DNA of 64,000 bases from an uncultured Gemmatimonadales bacterium (GTDB lineage: Bacteria; Gemmatimonadota; Gemmatimonadetes; Gemmatimonadales; GWC2-71-9). Shown here piece after piece: positions 9,552 to 20,632 of the stretch; position 1 is the first letter of the stretch; each line of letters begins with the position of its first letter. The notes beneath the pieces are model-generated. The model searched no databases, was not told the DNA's origin, and saw nothing but the letters and a program-made list of their open reading frames with translations. Made by a program: the position numbers and the translations under genes. The DNA is taken from assembly GCA_963771275.1 (NCBI GenBank), contig CAVYSW010000006.1:96001-160000 (forward strand). The letters run 5' to 3'.

Positions 9552-10292
9552 TCAGCTGATGTGGCCGGTCTGCGCGGCCGACTGGGCCTTGAATTCCTTC
9601 GTGAAGATCGAGCGGCCGAACTCGCTCCCCGCGTTCTTGATCAGGAAGTCGACCAACTCCTTCGACGTATAGGTCATCTCGACCGTCAGGTTGTCGATCT
9701 TCGTCTGGAAGTAGTTGTAGAACCACACCGCCGGAATGGCGACCATGAGGCCGAAGGCGGTCGTGATCAGCGCCTCGGCGATCCCGGCCGACACGGCGGC
9801 GAGGCCGCCCGAGCCGCTCGTGGCCATGCCGGTGAACGAGTTCACGATGCCCATGGTCGTGCCGAGCAGGCCGACGAACGGAGCCGTCGAGCCCACGGTC
9901 GCGAGAAAGCCCATGCCGCGCTTGAGCTCGGACTGGAGGATCAGCATTTGCCGATCGACCGCCCGCTCCGCGGAGTTGATGTCCTGCGACGTCATCGTGG
10001 CCCGGTCCTTCAGCAGCGGCTTGATCTCGACCAGCGCCTCACCGAGCACCCGCGCGACGTGCGAGACCTTCTGCTTCTCCGCGAGCTGAATGGCCTTCTC
10101 GAGCTGCTCCTCCTGGAGGAACCGCGCGAACTCGGGCGCGAACTTGCGCGTCTGGCGCATGCTCTTGCGGAACCGCCACCACTTGGCACCCGCGACGGTG
10201 AGCGAGATGATGGACATGATCGCGAGGATGAAGATGATGCCGCGCGCGAAGAGGCCTGCGGATGCCCAGAGGTCCAGCAGTGAGAGTTGCAT
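9552..10292 (-). CDS. exbB: MotA/TolQ/ExbB proton channel
   Basis: LATVGSTAPFVGLLGTTMGI; GIAEALITTAFGLMVAIPAV. Confidence 0.93.
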   Translation of the reverse strand: MQLSLLDLWASAGLFARGIIFILAIMSIISLTVAGAKWWRFRKSMRQTRKFAPEFARFLQEEQLEKAIQLAEKQKVSHVARVLGEALVEIKPLLKDRATMTSQDINSAERAVDRQMLILQSELKRGMGFLATVGSTAPFVGLLGTTMGIVNSFTGMATSGSGGLAAVSAGIAEALITTAFGLMVAIPAVWFYNYFQTKIDNLTVEMTYTSKELVDFLIKNAGSEFGRSIFTKEFKAQSAAQTGHIS

Positions 10293-10367
10293 AACAGCGT
10301 CAGTCCTCCCTCAGACGGTACGGGTGCAGCGCGGATCGCCCCCGGGGCGCCGCGCCCTCGAGCTCCT

Positions 10368-11087
10368 CTAGCGGCTCTTGATGATGTTGAACACCACCGG
10401 CACTTCCACGAGCACGCGCACGGCCTGGCCGCGCATGCGTCCCGGCCGGTAGACCGAGCCGAGCACGGCATCGCGCGCCGGCCGCTCGAACGCCTTGTTG
10501 GTGGACCCGACGATCCGGACCGTCTCCGGCTCCGGATGGCCGTCCACGCCAATCACGACCTGGACCCGCACGGTGCCCTCGATTCCCGCGTCCTTGAGGA
10601 GCGGCGGGTAAGCGGGCTGCGGACCGGACAGCCGGATCGGCGCCTCATCGACGACCGCCTCGACGAATACCTGTGCCAGGTCCGTGGGCACCGGGCCGGT
10701 GCCACCTACCACGCCCTGCGCGATGCCGCCTTCGACGCCGACGCCGGAATAGTCGCGCGGGTCGAATCGCTCGTTGAGGTTGACGGGCGGGATTTCGGTC
10801 GGGATCTCGGTGACCACCACGACCGTCTGGAATCCCTGCGGGGGTGGCGTCAGCGAGGCCAGCTGCGGCTTCTCGGGCTCGGGCTCCGGTGGCTTGTCCT
10901 GCTGCTGCGTGAGGAAGACCAGGTTGGTATCGATCTGCGCATCCTGGACGGCCTCCCGGACCTTCATCGTCGCCATCACGGCGCCGTAGATCAGCGCGCC
11001 GTGGATCACCAGCGACATGAACGAGCTCGAGGCCGCGCCACCGATCTTCCGGCCCTTGGGATTGGACTCTACGAGGTTGTCGAACAC
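10368..11087 (-). CDS. tonB: Energy transducer TonB
   Basis: SLVIH anchor, Pro-rich linker, YPPLLKDAGIEGTV..PGRMRGQAVRV. Confidence 0.88.
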   Translation of the reverse strand: MFDNLVESNPKGRKIGGAASSSFMSLVIHGALIYGAVMATMKVREAVQDAQIDTNLVFLTQQQDKPPEPEPEKPQLASLTPPPQGFQTVVVVTEIPTEIPPVNLNERFDPRDYSGVGVEGGIAQGVVGGTGPVPTDLAQVFVEAVVDEAPIRLSGPQPAYPPLLKDAGIEGTVRVQVVIGVDGHPEPETVRIVGSTNKAFERPARDAVLGSVYRPGRMRGQAVRVLVEVPVVFNIIKSR

Positions 11088-11265
11088 GTGTTCCTCCCGG
11101 ACGTGGTCAACTCTACGATGAAAATTACCCCGGCATGCGCTCCACCACCTCGCGCACGCGTGGGCGCGAGATTACAGGACGATAACAATCACATTACGGT
11201 CGAGCCCGCACGACCGCTTCGGCGGTCATCCTGTCGCCCCGACCGGTCCCAGCCGCCGAGCTGCT

Positions 11266-11973
11266 CTACCGCTCGATCGCGAACCGGATGGGCTGGTGGA
11301 TCAGCACGCGCACCGCTTCGCCCCGGATCCGGCCAGGCCGGAACAGGCACCCCATCATGGCCTCCCGAGCCGCCGGCTCGAACGCGCGGTTCGTGGCGTG
11401 CACGACGCGCAGCGTCTCGGGCTCGGGGCGCCCATGGGCGTCGATCACCACCTCGATGACGACCTCGCCGCCGACACCCGCGGCGCGCAGCAGCGGAGGG
11501 TAGCGCGGCGGCCGCGCCGAGAGCAGCACGGGAGGCTCGTCGAGCAGCGCCGGCACGAACACCTGGGCAATGGTCAGGGGCGCCGGGGCCGTGCCATCCG
11601 GGTCGCCGTCGGCGACGCCGCCCTCGCGCCCTCGTCCGAGGTAGTCGTTCGGGTTCCAGCGCGCGAGCGGGTCCACCGGCGGAATACCGTCGGGGATCTG
11701 GATGACCGGGATCACGGTCTGGTAGCCCACGCGTGGCCGCTCGAGCGGCGGGAGCGCGGGGGACGCGGCGCGGCGCGCCGGCTGCACCGGCGGCGGAAAC
11801 ACGACGGGGATCGTATCGACCACGGCGGCGCGAACCATCTCCTGCCCCTGCATCGTTGCGGCGACGGCGCCGCACACGAGCGCGCCGTGGACGGCCAGCG
11901 ACATCATCGAGCTCGGTGCCGCGTGGGCGAGCCGGCTCGTCAGGCGTCCGGATGCAACCAGCGTGGTGAACAT
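11266..11973 (-). CDS. tonB: Energy transducer TonB paralog
   Basis: SLAVH anchor; YPPLLRAAGVGGEV..PGRIRGEAVRV; collinear with 10368-11087. Confidence 0.82.
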   Translation of the reverse strand: MFTTLVASGRLTSRLAHAAPSSMMSLAVHGALVCGAVAATMQGQEMVRAAVVDTIPVVFPPPVQPARRAASPALPPLERPRVGYQTVIPVIQIPDGIPPVDPLARWNPNDYLGRGREGGVADGDPDGTAPAPLTIAQVFVPALLDEPPVLLSARPPRYPPLLRAAGVGGEVVIEVVIDAHGRPEPETLRVVHATNRAFEPAAREAMMGCLFRPGRIRGEAVRVLIHQPIRFAIER

Positions 11974-12072
11974 GTCCACCCCCGGCCAGAGTCCGGATCC
12001 ACGTTAGAACGGTCGGCGCAGGCGCGCTTGTCGCCCCGGTGGCCAGTCAATGACAGGAGGGTGACGGGCGGG

Positions 12073-13545
12073 TTACACGCCGTCGATTTCGGGAGGCGCA
12101 GGGGGCTCGAGCGGCAGCGTCACGACGAACGTGGTCCCGCGGCCCAAGCGACTCTCCACGGTGATCGTGCCCCCGTGCGCCTCCACGATCCACTTGGAGA
12201 TGGCGAGCCCGAGGCCGACCCCGCTGCGCTCGCCGGTGCGACTGCGGGCCGGATCGGCGCGCCAGAACCGGTCGAAGATGTGCGGCAGGTCGCCGGGCCC
12301 GATCCCGATGCCGGTGTCGCGCACCGAGATCGCGACCTCGTGTTCCCGGAACTCGGACTGGATCGCGACCGTTCCGCCTGAGGGCGTGTACTTGATGGCG
12401 TTGGTGAGTAGGTTCATCAGCAGCTGGCGCATGCGGTTGCGATCGGCGCCCAGCATCACGGGGTGACCGGGCGTGTCGACGGTCACGTCCACCGCGGCCT
12501 GCTCGCCAAGCAGGCTCGCGGTCTCCGACACCTCCGCCAGGAGCTCCCGCAGGTCGATGGGTTCGAGGTGGAGCGGGGCCCGGCCTTCGTCGGCGCGGGC
12601 CAGCATCAGCAGCGCATCAACCGTCTCCGCCATCCGGTTCACTTCCGCCAGCGTCTCGTCCAGCACCTCCATCACCTCGGGGGTGACGCGCGGGTGGGTG
12701 ATGGCGCGCTCGATCCCCGAGCGGAGCACGGTGAGCGGCGTCTTGAGCTCGTGGCTCGCGTCCGCCGTGAAGCGCCGCAGCGCCTGAAAGCTCCGCTCGA
12801 GGCGGCCCAGCATCTCGTTCAGCGTGCGGGACAGGCGGGCCAGCTCGTCCCCGGTGTCGGGCGACGCGAGGCGCTTGTGGAGGCTCCGGCCGTCGGAGAT
12901 CGCCTCCACCTCGTCCACGATGCCGTCGACGGGCTTCAGGGTGCGGCCCGCCAGGAGGTAGCCGATCAGCGTCGACGCCAGCAGGATGAGCGGCGCAACG
13001 GCCAGCATGACGTAGACCAGGTGCCGGGGGGCAATCACGATGCCCGCCGTGGACACGGCGGACAGCACGGCCGCGATCTGCTCGCCCGCGCCGGTCACCG
13101 GCCGGGCGTAGTAGCGGACCAGCCCGACAGGCGCCCCGAGATCGGCGGTGCCGACGCCCGCCGCCGAGTCCGCGCGGAAGACGGGATTCAGCAACAGCAG
13201 CAGCTGGGCGTACCGCAGGGCCCGGGCGTCGGCCGACAGATGGAGCACGTCGCCGTCGGGACCCACGAGCACGACGAAGCCCGGGATCCCCTCGAGAAAC
13301 GGGCTCACCTCCGATGCGAGCACGGGACGGCCCGTCCGCCGGTCCGTGACCACCAGCGCGCCGCGGGCCCGGTAGGCCTCGCTCAACGTCGCCGCGATGA
13401 GGTTCGCCTCGAGGCGCGCGCGATCGTCCAGCTCGCCCAGGTTCTCGCGCCGCTGCACGAGGTAGATGACGAGCGCGAAGACGAACATCGTCCCGGCGAG
13501 CGCCACGGCGTAGGAGGCCGCGAGCCGGCCGCGAATCGTGCGCAT
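12073..13545 (-). CDS. HAMP-domain sensor histidine kinase
   Basis: FTADASHELKTPL, NLLTNAIKYT, DTGIG, GLGL. Confidence 0.92.
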   Translation of the reverse strand: MRTIRGRLAASYAVALAGTMFVFALVIYLVQRRENLGELDDRARLEANLIAATLSEAYRARGALVVTDRRTGRPVLASEVSPFLEGIPGFVVLVGPDGDVLHLSADARALRYAQLLLLLNPVFRADSAAGVGTADLGAPVGLVRYYARPVTGAGEQIAAVLSAVSTAGIVIAPRHLVYVMLAVAPLILLASTLIGYLLAGRTLKPVDGIVDEVEAISDGRSLHKRLASPDTGDELARLSRTLNEMLGRLERSFQALRRFTADASHELKTPLTVLRSGIERAITHPRVTPEVMEVLDETLAEVNRMAETVDALLMLARADEGRAPLHLEPIDLRELLAEVSETASLLGEQAAVDVTVDTPGHPVMLGADRNRMRQLLMNLLTNAIKYTPSGGTVAIQSEFREHEVAISVRDTGIGIGPGDLPHIFDRFWRADPARSRTGERSGVGLGLAISKWIVEAHGGTITVESRLGRGTTFVVTLPLEPPAPPEIDGV

Positions 13546-14214
13546 CTAGTCCTTCATCACGTAGCCGACGCCGCGCACCGTATGGATGAGCTTGTGGGAG
13601 AACCCCTGGTCGACCTTCTTGCGCAGCCGGTTGATCACGACGTCGACCACGTTGGTGCCGGGATCGAAGTGGTAGCCCCAGGCGTACTCGGTGATCAGCG
13701 TCCGCGACATCACGCGCCCGCGGTTCCGCGCGAGGTACTCCAGCACCGCGTATTCCTTCGGCGTGACGTCGAGCGGCCGTCCGGCCCGGCGGATCTCCCG
13801 GCTGGCGGTGTCGATCTCGAGGTCGGCGACCTTGAGGGTGGGCGGCGCGATCGCCTTCGGGCGCCGGGCCACGGCCTCGACCCGCGCGAGCAGCTCCTCG
13901 AAGGCGAACGGCTTGGTGACGTAGTCGTCCGCCCCGGTCCGCAGCGCCTGGACCTTCGACTCGACCGCGTCCTGGGCCGTGAGCACGAGCACCGGTGTCG
14001 TGACCCCGCGATCCCGCAGCGTGCGCAGCACCTCGACCCCGGAGAGCGACGGGAGGCGCAGGTCCAGCACGATCAGGTCGAACTCGCCCGCCGTCGCCCG
14101 CTCGAGACCTTCCCGCCCGTCACCCACCAGCTCCACCTGCATGCCCTGCTCCTCCAGGCCCCGCATGACGAACTGTCCAACCGTGCGATCGTCCTCGACC
14201 ACCAGGACCCTCAC
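13546..14214 (-). CDS. OmpR-family response regulator
   Basis: VLVVEDD, DLRLP, GADDYVTKPF, IHTVRGVGY. Confidence 0.94.
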   Translation of the reverse strand: MRVLVVEDDRTVGQFVMRGLEEQGMQVELVGDGREGLERATAGEFDLIVLDLRLPSLSGVEVLRTLRDRGVTTPVLVLTAQDAVESKVQALRTGADDYVTKPFAFEELLARVEAVARRPKAIAPPTLKVADLEIDTASREIRRAGRPLDVTPKEYAVLEYLARNRGRVMSRTLITEYAWGYHFDPGTNVVDVVINRLRKKVDQGFSHKLIHTVRGVGYVMKD

Positions 14215-15776
14215 GCGTCCTCCTTCACCTGGAAGACCGGCAGGATGACCCGGAAGGTGGAGCCGGATCCGACCTTCGAATCCACCACGATGCGGCCGCC
14301 GTGGTGCTGCACGATGGCGTAGGCGATCGAGAGCCCGAGGCCCGTGCCCTGGCCGGGAGCCTTGGTGGTGAAGAACGGCTCGAAGATCTTCGCGATGTCC
14401 TCGCGGGGAATGCCCATCCCGGTATCGGCGATCTCGATCCAGACTTCGTCGCCGCGCGCGGGACTCAGGCGCGTTGCGACGGCCAGCGTGCCGCGGCCGT
14501 CCATCGCGTCGATCGCGTTCAACATGAGATCGAGGAACACCTGCATGAGCTGCTCGGCGTTGGCCTCGACGGGCGGCAGGTCCTCGGTGATGCGGCGGTC
14601 GAGCGTGATGCGCTTGAACCGGTCGTGGTGCCGCAGCAGGAACAGCGCGTCCTCGACGACCTGGTTCACCTGCACCGGGTACTTGGCCCGCCCCTTGGGC
14701 CGCGAGAAGTCGAGCAGGCCATCCACGATGGACTTGCAGCGGCTCAGCTCCGACTCGACGATGTCGAGGTACTCCGTGACGGTCTGGCGCGGCGCCGCGG
14801 GCACCTCGGCCATGCGGGAGGTCAGGGCTTCCACGCAGGCACCAATGGTCGCCAGGGGGTTGTTCAGCTCGTGCATCACCCCGGCCGCGAGCTGCCCCAC
14901 CGCGGCGAGCTTCTCGGTCTGCGAGATCTGCTGCTGGGCGAGCTTGGATTCGGTCACGTCTTCGCCGATCGTGATCACGTGGGTCACGTGCTCGTCGTGC
15001 AGCCGCATCGGGATCTTCGAGATGCGGTAGTAGCGGGGCCCGCCCCGCGTGTCGGTCGAGACCTCGACCTCTTCGATCTGCCCGGTCTCGAACACGCGGT
15101 CGAACTCCTGCTGCAGCAGCGCCCGGGGCTGGCGGTGCAGCACCTCGAACACGGTCCGGCCGAGCGCGTCATCGCGCGACACTCCCTGGGTACCGGTTTC
15201 GCGCTTGCGGTTCCAGGCCTGAATGCGGTACAGCCGGTCGATCACGTAGAGGCCGACGGGCAGCGAATCGATGATGCGGCTGGTGAAGCGCCGCTGCGAC
15301 TCGATTTCGCGCGTCCGCAGGGCGACCTCGCTCGCCAGGTCCTCGGACAGCGCGATGGTCGACAACAAGGGGGCGAGGATGTTCGCGACCGTGCCGACCA
15401 CCTGGCCCCACACCTGGAGGTCGCTCTCGTCGCGCACGTAGCACTCGAGCAGGCCCAGCCGCTCGCCCTGGTAGACGAGCGGGGCCAGCAGCCACGGCTG
15501 CTGCCGGGTCCATGGCGGCAGGTGCTCCAGCGCCACCAGCGCCGCGATCTCCGCCTCGGAGCGCCGGGCGACCGGCGCGTCGGGTGGGCCAAACGGGCGG
15601 AACGACACGCCATCCGGCGCCCGCACCCACACGCAGCACTCCTCGGCGCCGACGCCGCGCCGCAGGGCCCCCGCAATGCCCACCAACGCGTCCTCGACGC
15701 CGATCGAGCCGCCGAGGAAGCCGGCGACCTCGGCCATGACCCCAAGTGCCGCCCGCGATGCCGTGTCCTCAGGCAT
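14211..15776 (-). CDS. Cytoplasmic GAF/PAS histidine kinase (NtrB-like)
   Basis: [32 protein letters not shown] region [13 protein letters not shown]. Confidence 0.9.
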   Translation of the reverse strand: MPEDTASRAALGVMAEVAGFLGGSIGVEDALVGIAGALRRGVGAEECCVWVRAPDGVSFRPFGPPDAPVARRSEAEIAALVALEHLPPWTRQQPWLLAPLVYQGERLGLLECYVRDESDLQVWGQVVGTVANILAPLLSTIALSEDLASEVALRTREIESQRRFTSRIIDSLPVGLYVIDRLYRIQAWNRKRETGTQGVSRDDALGRTVFEVLHRQPRALLQQEFDRVFETGQIEEVEVSTDTRGGPRYYRISKIPMRLHDEHVTHVITIGEDVTESKLAQQQISQTEKLAAVGQLAAGVMHELNNPLATIGACVEALTSRMAEVPAAPRQTVTEYLDIVESELSRCKSIVDGLLDFSRPKGRAKYPVQVNQVVEDALFLLRHHDRFKRITLDRRITEDLPPVEANAEQLMQVFLDLMLNAIDAMDGRGTLAVATRLSPARGDEVWIEIADTGMGIPREDIAKIFEPFFTTKAPGQGTGLGLSIAYAIVQHHGGRIVVDSKVGSGSTFRVILPVFQVKEDA

Positions 15777-15826
15777 CGGCCCCTCCGGCGGCGAGGGCTA
15801 CACGGCGCAGCATGTTCGCTCCTCGG

Positions 15827-16975
15827 TTAGCGCACGACCCGGCGGACAACGTAGCCGCCTGAGTCACTCACAAAGACCAGCCGTCCCACGGCGGCCACTC
15901 CCGCGGGGCCCGCGATGCCCGTCGCCCCGATCGGCTGGAGGTCGGCACCCGGCGTGGCCACACCGGTGCCGCCGAATGTGTCGAGCGAATCCGGCCCCAC
16001 CCGAATGATACGCACCCGCTGGTTGCCGCGATCGGCCACCAGCAGCAGGGTCCCGACGACCGCCAGATGACCGGGCGCGTCGAACAGGGCGGCCTGCGCG
16101 GCGCCGCGATCGCCCGCGAAGCCGGCCGCGCCGAGGCCTGCATAGGCGAAGATCGTGTCACGGATCACCCGCCGGATGCGGTTGGTCCCGCCATCGGCGA
16201 TGTACAGAGTGTCGCCCATCCAGGCCAGCCCGGCGGGCCCCAGCAGCGTCGCGGCCCGTGCCGGCCCGCCGTCTCCCGCATCCCCCCGCGCATCGCCGCC
16301 CGCCACGACCGTGACCGAGCCATCCACCTCGATCCGGACGACACGGCCGTTGCCGCGCTCGGCGACGTACACCAGGTCGGCAGGGCCGAGCGTGACGGCG
16401 GCGGGGCGGTCGGTCGGGGCCGCCTGGGCCACTGCGCCGTCGCTCGCCCGGCCGGGCTGGCCCGTCCCGAGCACGACGCCCACCCGTCCGGCGGCGGGGT
16501 CGTAGCGGTACACGCGGTGTCCGCTTTCGTCGGCTATCACCAACGTGCCGTCGTGCGCCAGCGCGACGCCGTCCGGCCCCGCGAGACACACGGTGGTCGG
16601 GTCGCCCGACCCGGGACCGGGGTCGGCGCACGCTCCCCTGCCCACCCGCCACTCGAGGTGCCCGTCCGGGGCCACGTAGCCAACGCGGCGCCGGAGCCGG
16701 TCGGCGAAGTAGAAGCTGCCATCGTCGAGCGCGGCCAATCCGGCCGGCATCCCGAGCGGGATGTCGAGGGCGTCTCCCGGGCCGGCGGTGTCAGGGAAAC
16801 TCACGACGTAGGGGACGCCCAGCACGCCGGCCACGACGCGCGCCACGCCGGGAGCGTCACCCACCAGAACCTCGGTCGGACCGCACGCGGAGGCCAGCAG
16901 GAGCGGCAGGAGCGGCAGCAGCGGCCGCGCCGACGGCGGTCGGGACGTCTGGTCGCGCGGCACGCGGCCCCTCAT
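15827..16975 (-). CDS. NHL-repeat beta-propeller lipoprotein
   Basis: Lipobox-like LASAC; repeated P.G.A....YVAD..N.RVR and GDGGPA motifs. Confidence 0.8.
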   Translation of the reverse strand: MRGRVPRDQTSRPPSARPLLPLLPLLLASACGPTEVLVGDAPGVARVVAGVLGVPYVVSFPDTAGPGDALDIPLGMPAGLAALDDGSFYFADRLRRRVGYVAPDGHLEWRVGRGACADPGPGSGDPTTVCLAGPDGVALAHDGTLVIADESGHRVYRYDPAAGRVGVVLGTGQPGRASDGAVAQAAPTDRPAAVTLGPADLVYVAERGNGRVVRIEVDGSVTVVAGGDARGDAGDGGPARAATLLGPAGLAWMGDTLYIADGGTNRIRRVIRDTIFAYAGLGAAGFAGDRGAAQAALFDAPGHLAVVGTLLLVADRGNQRVRIIRVGPDSLDTFGGTGVATPGADLQPIGATGIAGPAGVAAVGRLVFVSDSGGYVVRRVVR

Positions 16976-17012
16976 TGACAGTCGATCCCCCCGGGTTCCT
17001 CTTTCGGCGTCA

Positions 17013-19754
17013 ATGTCGCCGACTCTCCGGCATCTCGCAACGGCGCTGCTCGCGCTCGCCCCGACCCTGCCGCTTCCCGCTCAGACGACCGGCCAGATCG
17101 TCGGGCGGGTGGTGAGCGCCCGCGACACCGCGCCGGTCCGGAGTGTGCGGGTGATCGCCGTGGGATCGGGCGGGGATTCGACGGTTGCGGCGACGACTGG
17201 TGCCGACGGGCAGTTCGTGCTGATCGGGCTGGCACCCGGGACCTACCAGGTCGTCGCCCGGAGCCTCGGCTTCCGGCCCGCCGAGGTGCTCGGCGTGATC
17301 GTGCGCTCGGGGACGAGCACGCGGCTGGCCGTGAGCCTGGAGCCCGCCGCCATCGAGCTGGCGCCGATCCCCGTGGTGGCGGCGGAGCGGCCGCTGCTCA
17401 CGCCGGACGTCACCGCGTCACGCCAGGTGGTGAGCCGCGACGAGCTGCAGGCCGCGCCCGTGCAGGACATCGCCCAAATCCTGGAACTGCGCACCGGGGT
17501 GTCCGACGGGCATTTTCGCGGCGGCCGGATCGGGCAGGAGTCCTATGTGATCGACGGCGTGGACGTGAAGGACCAGTTCGCGGCGTCGCGCAACGGGATC
17601 GCGTTTCAGCTCGCGCCGTCGGCGGTGCAGGAGATGAACGTCTTCACGTCGGGGTTCTCCGCCGACCAGCCAAGCGCGGTGAGCGGGGTCGTGACGCTCG
17701 TCTCGCGCAGCGGACCGCGCGACCGGTGGTTCGGGCGGGTCGAGGGCGTCACCGACGAGGCGGCACCGGCATCGCTCGCGCGCGGCTACGTACGACTCGG
17801 CGGAACCGCGGGCGGGCCCCTGCTCCACGGGGCAACGGCTTTCCTCGACCTCTCCCTCATCGGCCGCGCCGACCAGGACCCGCGGGTGCACGGCCTCACG
17901 TGCCTGGCCGTGGACTTCCCATGCCCGGCCGAGCGGGCCATCATCCCGCACCACGCCGGTGACCAGTATTTCGCGTTCGGGCGCCTCGACGTGCCGCTGG
18001 GGGAGCAGTTCGCCGCCCTGCTGTCGGTGAGCCGGAACCGCGACCAGCACGAGCTGTACTCGACCCGGTTCAAGTACGCGCTGAGCGGGTATCTCGCGGA
18101 GCGGGAGACCGCGACGCTGGCGACGATGCAGCTGGCCGGGACGTTCCGCGCGAACGCGGCGCGCGCGATCCGGCTGAGCACACGCCTGTCGCTGGGTCGC
18201 GTGGACCGGTACCTCGGCGTCCCCGACACGATCCAGCCCGGGCGGATTGGCCGGTTCCTGCTTGGGGACCTGCGGTTCCGCGGCGAGGACGTGGTGCGCA
18301 GCGCGGCGGCCGAGCAGATCGGGACGGGCCGCACGCTACCCGGCTACACGGCCCCGTCGGATTCCGGCCTCGGGAGCCCGTACGGCATCCTCGGCGCGGA
18401 TCTGTTCGTCACCGACGGCACGAGCGGCATCGCCGAATGGACGCGCAGCGACTTCGCCGACCTGCGCGTCGACCTCCAGACGCTCGTGTCCCCGCAGCAC
18501 GACCTCAAGGTGGGTGGGGACTTCCGGCTCTACCGCATCGCGGCGTACCAGCACGTGCACGCCGGGCTCACGGGAGCCGCGCCGAGCTTCGTGCAGTTCT
18601 ACCCGCGCACGGCGGCCGCCTGGGTTCACAGCACGCTGTACACGCTGGACGCCGCCACCGTCGATCTGGGCGTGCGGCTCGAGGCGTTCCAGCCACGCCT
18701 GATAGCGCCCCAGGACCGACGCGATCTCTCGGCGCCGACCGAGACGACCCGCTGGAACGTGATCGTGCACCCGCGCATCGGGTTCGCGATGCCGCTCCAG
18801 GTGCTCGGCCTGGATCGAGCCGCGGTCCACTGGAATTTCGGCCGCTTCTCGCAGCCCCCGGACTTCCAGTTCTTCTTCGATCAGGCGCTGGACGACTCGC
18901 TCAACACCGCCGTGCGGCGTCAGGGAAATCCGCACCTCGGCTTCGAGAGAGCCACCCAGTACGAGGCGGGTCTCGACTACCTGCTGGGGAGCGACGTCGT
19001 GCTCCGCGCCACCGGGTTCCTCAAGGACCTCACCGCCATCACGACCAGCGGGATCGTGATCGCCTCACAGGGCCAGACGTTCACCAATCTCGATTTCGGA
19101 CGCGTGCAGGGGCTCGAGGTGCGGCTCGAGGGGCGGCTCGACCGGGGGCGCCGGTTCGAGCTGGGGTACGCGTTGCAGCGGGCCGTCGGCGTGGCGTCCA
19201 CCGCGTTCGACTCGACCCCCGGGGGCACGGACAGCACGGGCCGGGTCGAGCTGCCGCTGCAGTTCGATCGGCGGCACAGCATCGACCTCAACCTGTACTG
19301 GCAGCTCCCCGCCGGATTTCGCATCGCGGTAAGCGGCACGGCCGGATCGGGCTACCCGGTGCCCGGCGCTTCCGAACGCCGCCTGCCGTGGACGGTGGCG
19401 CTCGCCGGCCGGCTGGCGCGCGAGTGGCGGTGGGGCGCGCGCGCCGTCCGGGTGATGCTCGAGGGTCGCAACCTCCTGAACCACGCCAACCTTCAGACGG
19501 CGCGCGAGGGAGGGGGCGTCGTGCCCGACGTGGCGGCGTTGGGGGCGCGCGCGGTGCAGGAGACGAGCGGGGCCACGCCGATTCCCCATGAGTCACCGCT
19601 CTACCTGCCCGGGTTCGACGCCAATCACGACGGCTTCCTCGATGCCGGGGAGCAGACCGCCGCCCGGCGCGCCGCCCTGCTCGACTACTACGAGCCCACG
19701 CTGTTGTACGGCGAAGCCAGGCAGATCAGGGTTGGGGTCGAGATCGTGTTCTGA
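17013..19754 (+). CDS. TonB-dependent receptor with N-terminal carboxypeptidase-regulatory-like domain
   Basis: Signal peptide, TTGQIVGRV, plug HFRGGR..YVIDG, GNPHL..E, C-terminal VEIVF. Confidence 0.88.
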   Translation: MSPTLRHLATALLALAPTLPLPAQTTGQIVGRVVSARDTAPVRSVRVIAVGSGGDSTVAATTGADGQFVLIGLAPGTYQVVARSLGFRPAEVLGVIVRSGTSTRLAVSLEPAAIELAPIPVVAAERPLLTPDVTASRQVVSRDELQAAPVQDIAQILELRTGVSDGHFRGGRIGQESYVIDGVDVKDQFAASRNGIAFQLAPSAVQEMNVFTSGFSADQPSAVSGVVTLVSRSGPRDRWFGRVEGVTDEAAPASLARGYVRLGGTAGGPLLHGATAFLDLSLIGRADQDPRVHGLTCLAVDFPCPAERAIIPHHAGDQYFAFGRLDVPLGEQFAALLSVSRNRDQHELYSTRFKYALSGYLAERETATLATMQLAGTFRANAARAIRLSTRLSLGRVDRYLGVPDTIQPGRIGRFLLGDLRFRGEDVVRSAAAEQIGTGRTLPGYTAPSDSGLGSPYGILGADLFVTDGTSGIAEWTRSDFADLRVDLQTLVSPQHDLKVGGDFRLYRIAAYQHVHAGLTGAAPSFVQFYPRTAAAWVHSTLYTLDAATVDLGVRLEAFQPRLIAPQDRRDLSAPTETTRWNVIVHPRIGFAMPLQVLGLDRAAVHWNFGRFSQPPDFQFFFDQALDDSLNTAVRRQGNPHLGFERATQYEAGLDYLLGSDVVLRATGFLKDLTAITTSGIVIASQGQTFTNLDFGRVQGLEVRLEGRLDRGRRFELGYALQRAVGVASTAFDSTPGGTDSTGRVELPLQFDRRHSIDLNLYWQLPAGFRIAVSGTAGSGYPVPGASERRLPWTVALAGRLAREWRWGARAVRVMLEGRNLLNHANLQTAREGGGVVPDVAALGARAVQETSGATPIPHESPLYLPGFDANHDGFLDAGEQTAARRAALLDYYEPTLLYGEARQIRVGVEIVF

Positions 19755-19756
19755 GA

Positions 19757-19820
19757 GGAAACGGGAACCGGAAAACGGGAAACGTGAAACCGGACCCCGT
19801 TTCCCGTTTCCCCCTTCCCG
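19757..19820. repeat. Degenerate heptamer tandem array (GGAAACG-like) with inverted (GTTTCCC) copies
   Basis: ggaaacg ggaaccg gaaaacg ggaaacg tgaaacc ggacccc gtttccc gtttccc ccttccc. Confidence 0.7.
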
Positions 19821-19859
19821 CCTTTATATTGCATCTCCCAGCACAACTTGGAGGCATAC

Positions 19860-20468
<609 letters not shown>

Positions 20469-20479
20469 GGGTTGAGGGT

Positions 20480-20521
20480 CAGCCGTTGGCGGTCGGCGGT
20501 TGGCGGTTGACCGTGGGAGGT
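20480..20521. repeat. Degenerate heptamer array (TGGCGGT-like)
   Basis: cagccgt tggcggt cggcggt tggcggt tgaccgt gggaggt. Confidence 0.6.
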
Positions 20522-20632
20522 GGTGTCTCCAGGGGTGCCACCTCCCGCGTCGTTCCGGGGAACCCCGTCGCCTCGTTGCTTTTTCGGCGCGAAGCTTGTA
20601 TAAAGCCTTGCGAAACCGCCGGTTAGGACACC

